DNA of 64,000 nucleotides from Verrucomicrobiota bacterium (GTDB lineage Bacteria; Verrucomicrobiota; Verrucomicrobiia; Limisphaerales; JADLHS01): NCBI GenBank assembly GCA_025350905.1, contig JANXWY010000096.1, positions 1,919 to 65,918 of the forward strand, read 5' to 3'. Shown piece by piece: positions 63,791 to 64,000 of this stretch (position 1 is its first letter; each line of letters starts with the position of its first letter). The notes under the pieces were generated by a model. It saw only the letters and a program-made list of their open reading frames with translations, ran no database searches and was not told where the DNA came from. The position numbers and the translations under genes were made by a program.

Positions 63791-64000
63791 ATGGAAAACG
63801 CCAACCCATCTGCCTTTGAAGTCGCCCTCAACGCTACCAAGTCCAAAGCAGCAGGATCACTGAAAGCCGCTGACATCAAGCGGTTGATCAAGCTGTTGGG
63901 CAAGAGGCCCAACGAGATAGGAGTGCGACAAATCACGGAACTCATTGTGAGCGAGTCGGACAACGAAGTCCTCGTGTATGAACTTTTGTGTGAAATTGAA
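63791..64000 (+). CDS. Hypothetical protein, 3' end cut by window edge
   Basis: ATG 3 nt after the previous stop. Open for all 70 codons to the edge (MENANPSAFEVALNATKSKAAGSLKAADIKRLIKLLGKRPNEIGV...). Absent from the ORF track only because no stop is reached. Confidence 0.45.
   Translation, partial: MENANPSAFEVALNATKSKAAGSLKAADIKRLIKLLGKRPNEIGVRQITELIVSESDNEVLVYELLCEIE

Larger units (their letters stand above)
52414..64000. mobile_element. Putative integrated mobile element / prophage-like island (right end outside window)
   Basis: Visibly lower G+C than the preceding 52 kb. Contains primase-polymerase, SF3-like NTPase, RuvC-like resolvase, an AT-hook protein and many ORFans. Begins at a tRNA gene. 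No integrase in view. Confidence 0.55.

Overview
This is a 64-kb high-GC bacterial chromosomal segment. Its gene content and style suggest a Verrucomicrobiota/PVC-type organism, by inference only: an H-X9-DG prepilin-like protein, giant secreted lectin/Ig/FN3 proteins, a Rieske protein next to a fused cytochrome b/c, little Shine-Dalgarno signal, and short GC-rich repeats translated as LLTSAAT or SPGERE/GEG peptides. Positions 1-51.2 kb are a dense core region. In order it holds a surface lectin, SDRs, a PQQ-like propeller, a DapA-like/epimerase pair, a carboxylesterase, Rieske-cytochrome b/c, a GH88-like/OYE/CstA/CE15 block, nadD-rsfS and a GT4/heptose adenylyltransferase/ubiE group. These are followed by two tandem receiver proteins plus a free DHp-like mini-protein, an ECF sigma cassette, a MacB/FtsX-type ABC transporter, an OMP, a CE4 deacetylase, RraA-like and PlsC-like genes and a PAS-HK/LuxR-RR/receiver trio. 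The core region ends with a copper-style locus: a 1243-aa multicopper oxidase with 3 FN3 domains, an FKBP, a Met-rich protein, and a CusB-like adaptor with no pump. A tRNA-Val(GAC) at 52339-52413 coincides with a switch to visibly more A/T-rich DNA that runs to the right edge. That region encodes a mobile-element replication module: a CHC2-like Zn finger + AEP primase-polymerase, an SF3-like NTPase, an AT-hook protein and a RuvC-like resolvase. It is followed by an unusual cargo set: a transglutaminase-like/Zn-phospholipase-C (Het-C)-like fusion, a CX5R lipoprotein phosphatase, a C2H2 zinc-finger protein and a truncated unknown gene. This cargo is my best candidate for an undescribed conflict or effector system. 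A second theme is three short repeat families that sit in-frame inside at least four CDSs: a 22-29-bp palindrome arm, a CCCTCTCCCC/GGGGAGAGGG 'GEG' element, and 7-nt tandem tracts. A 174-bp MITE-like element with an 8-bp target-site duplication lies at 7009-7182. No rRNA, CRISPR array, integrase or transposase gene was seen. Coordinates of small hand-read features may be off by 1-2 nt.
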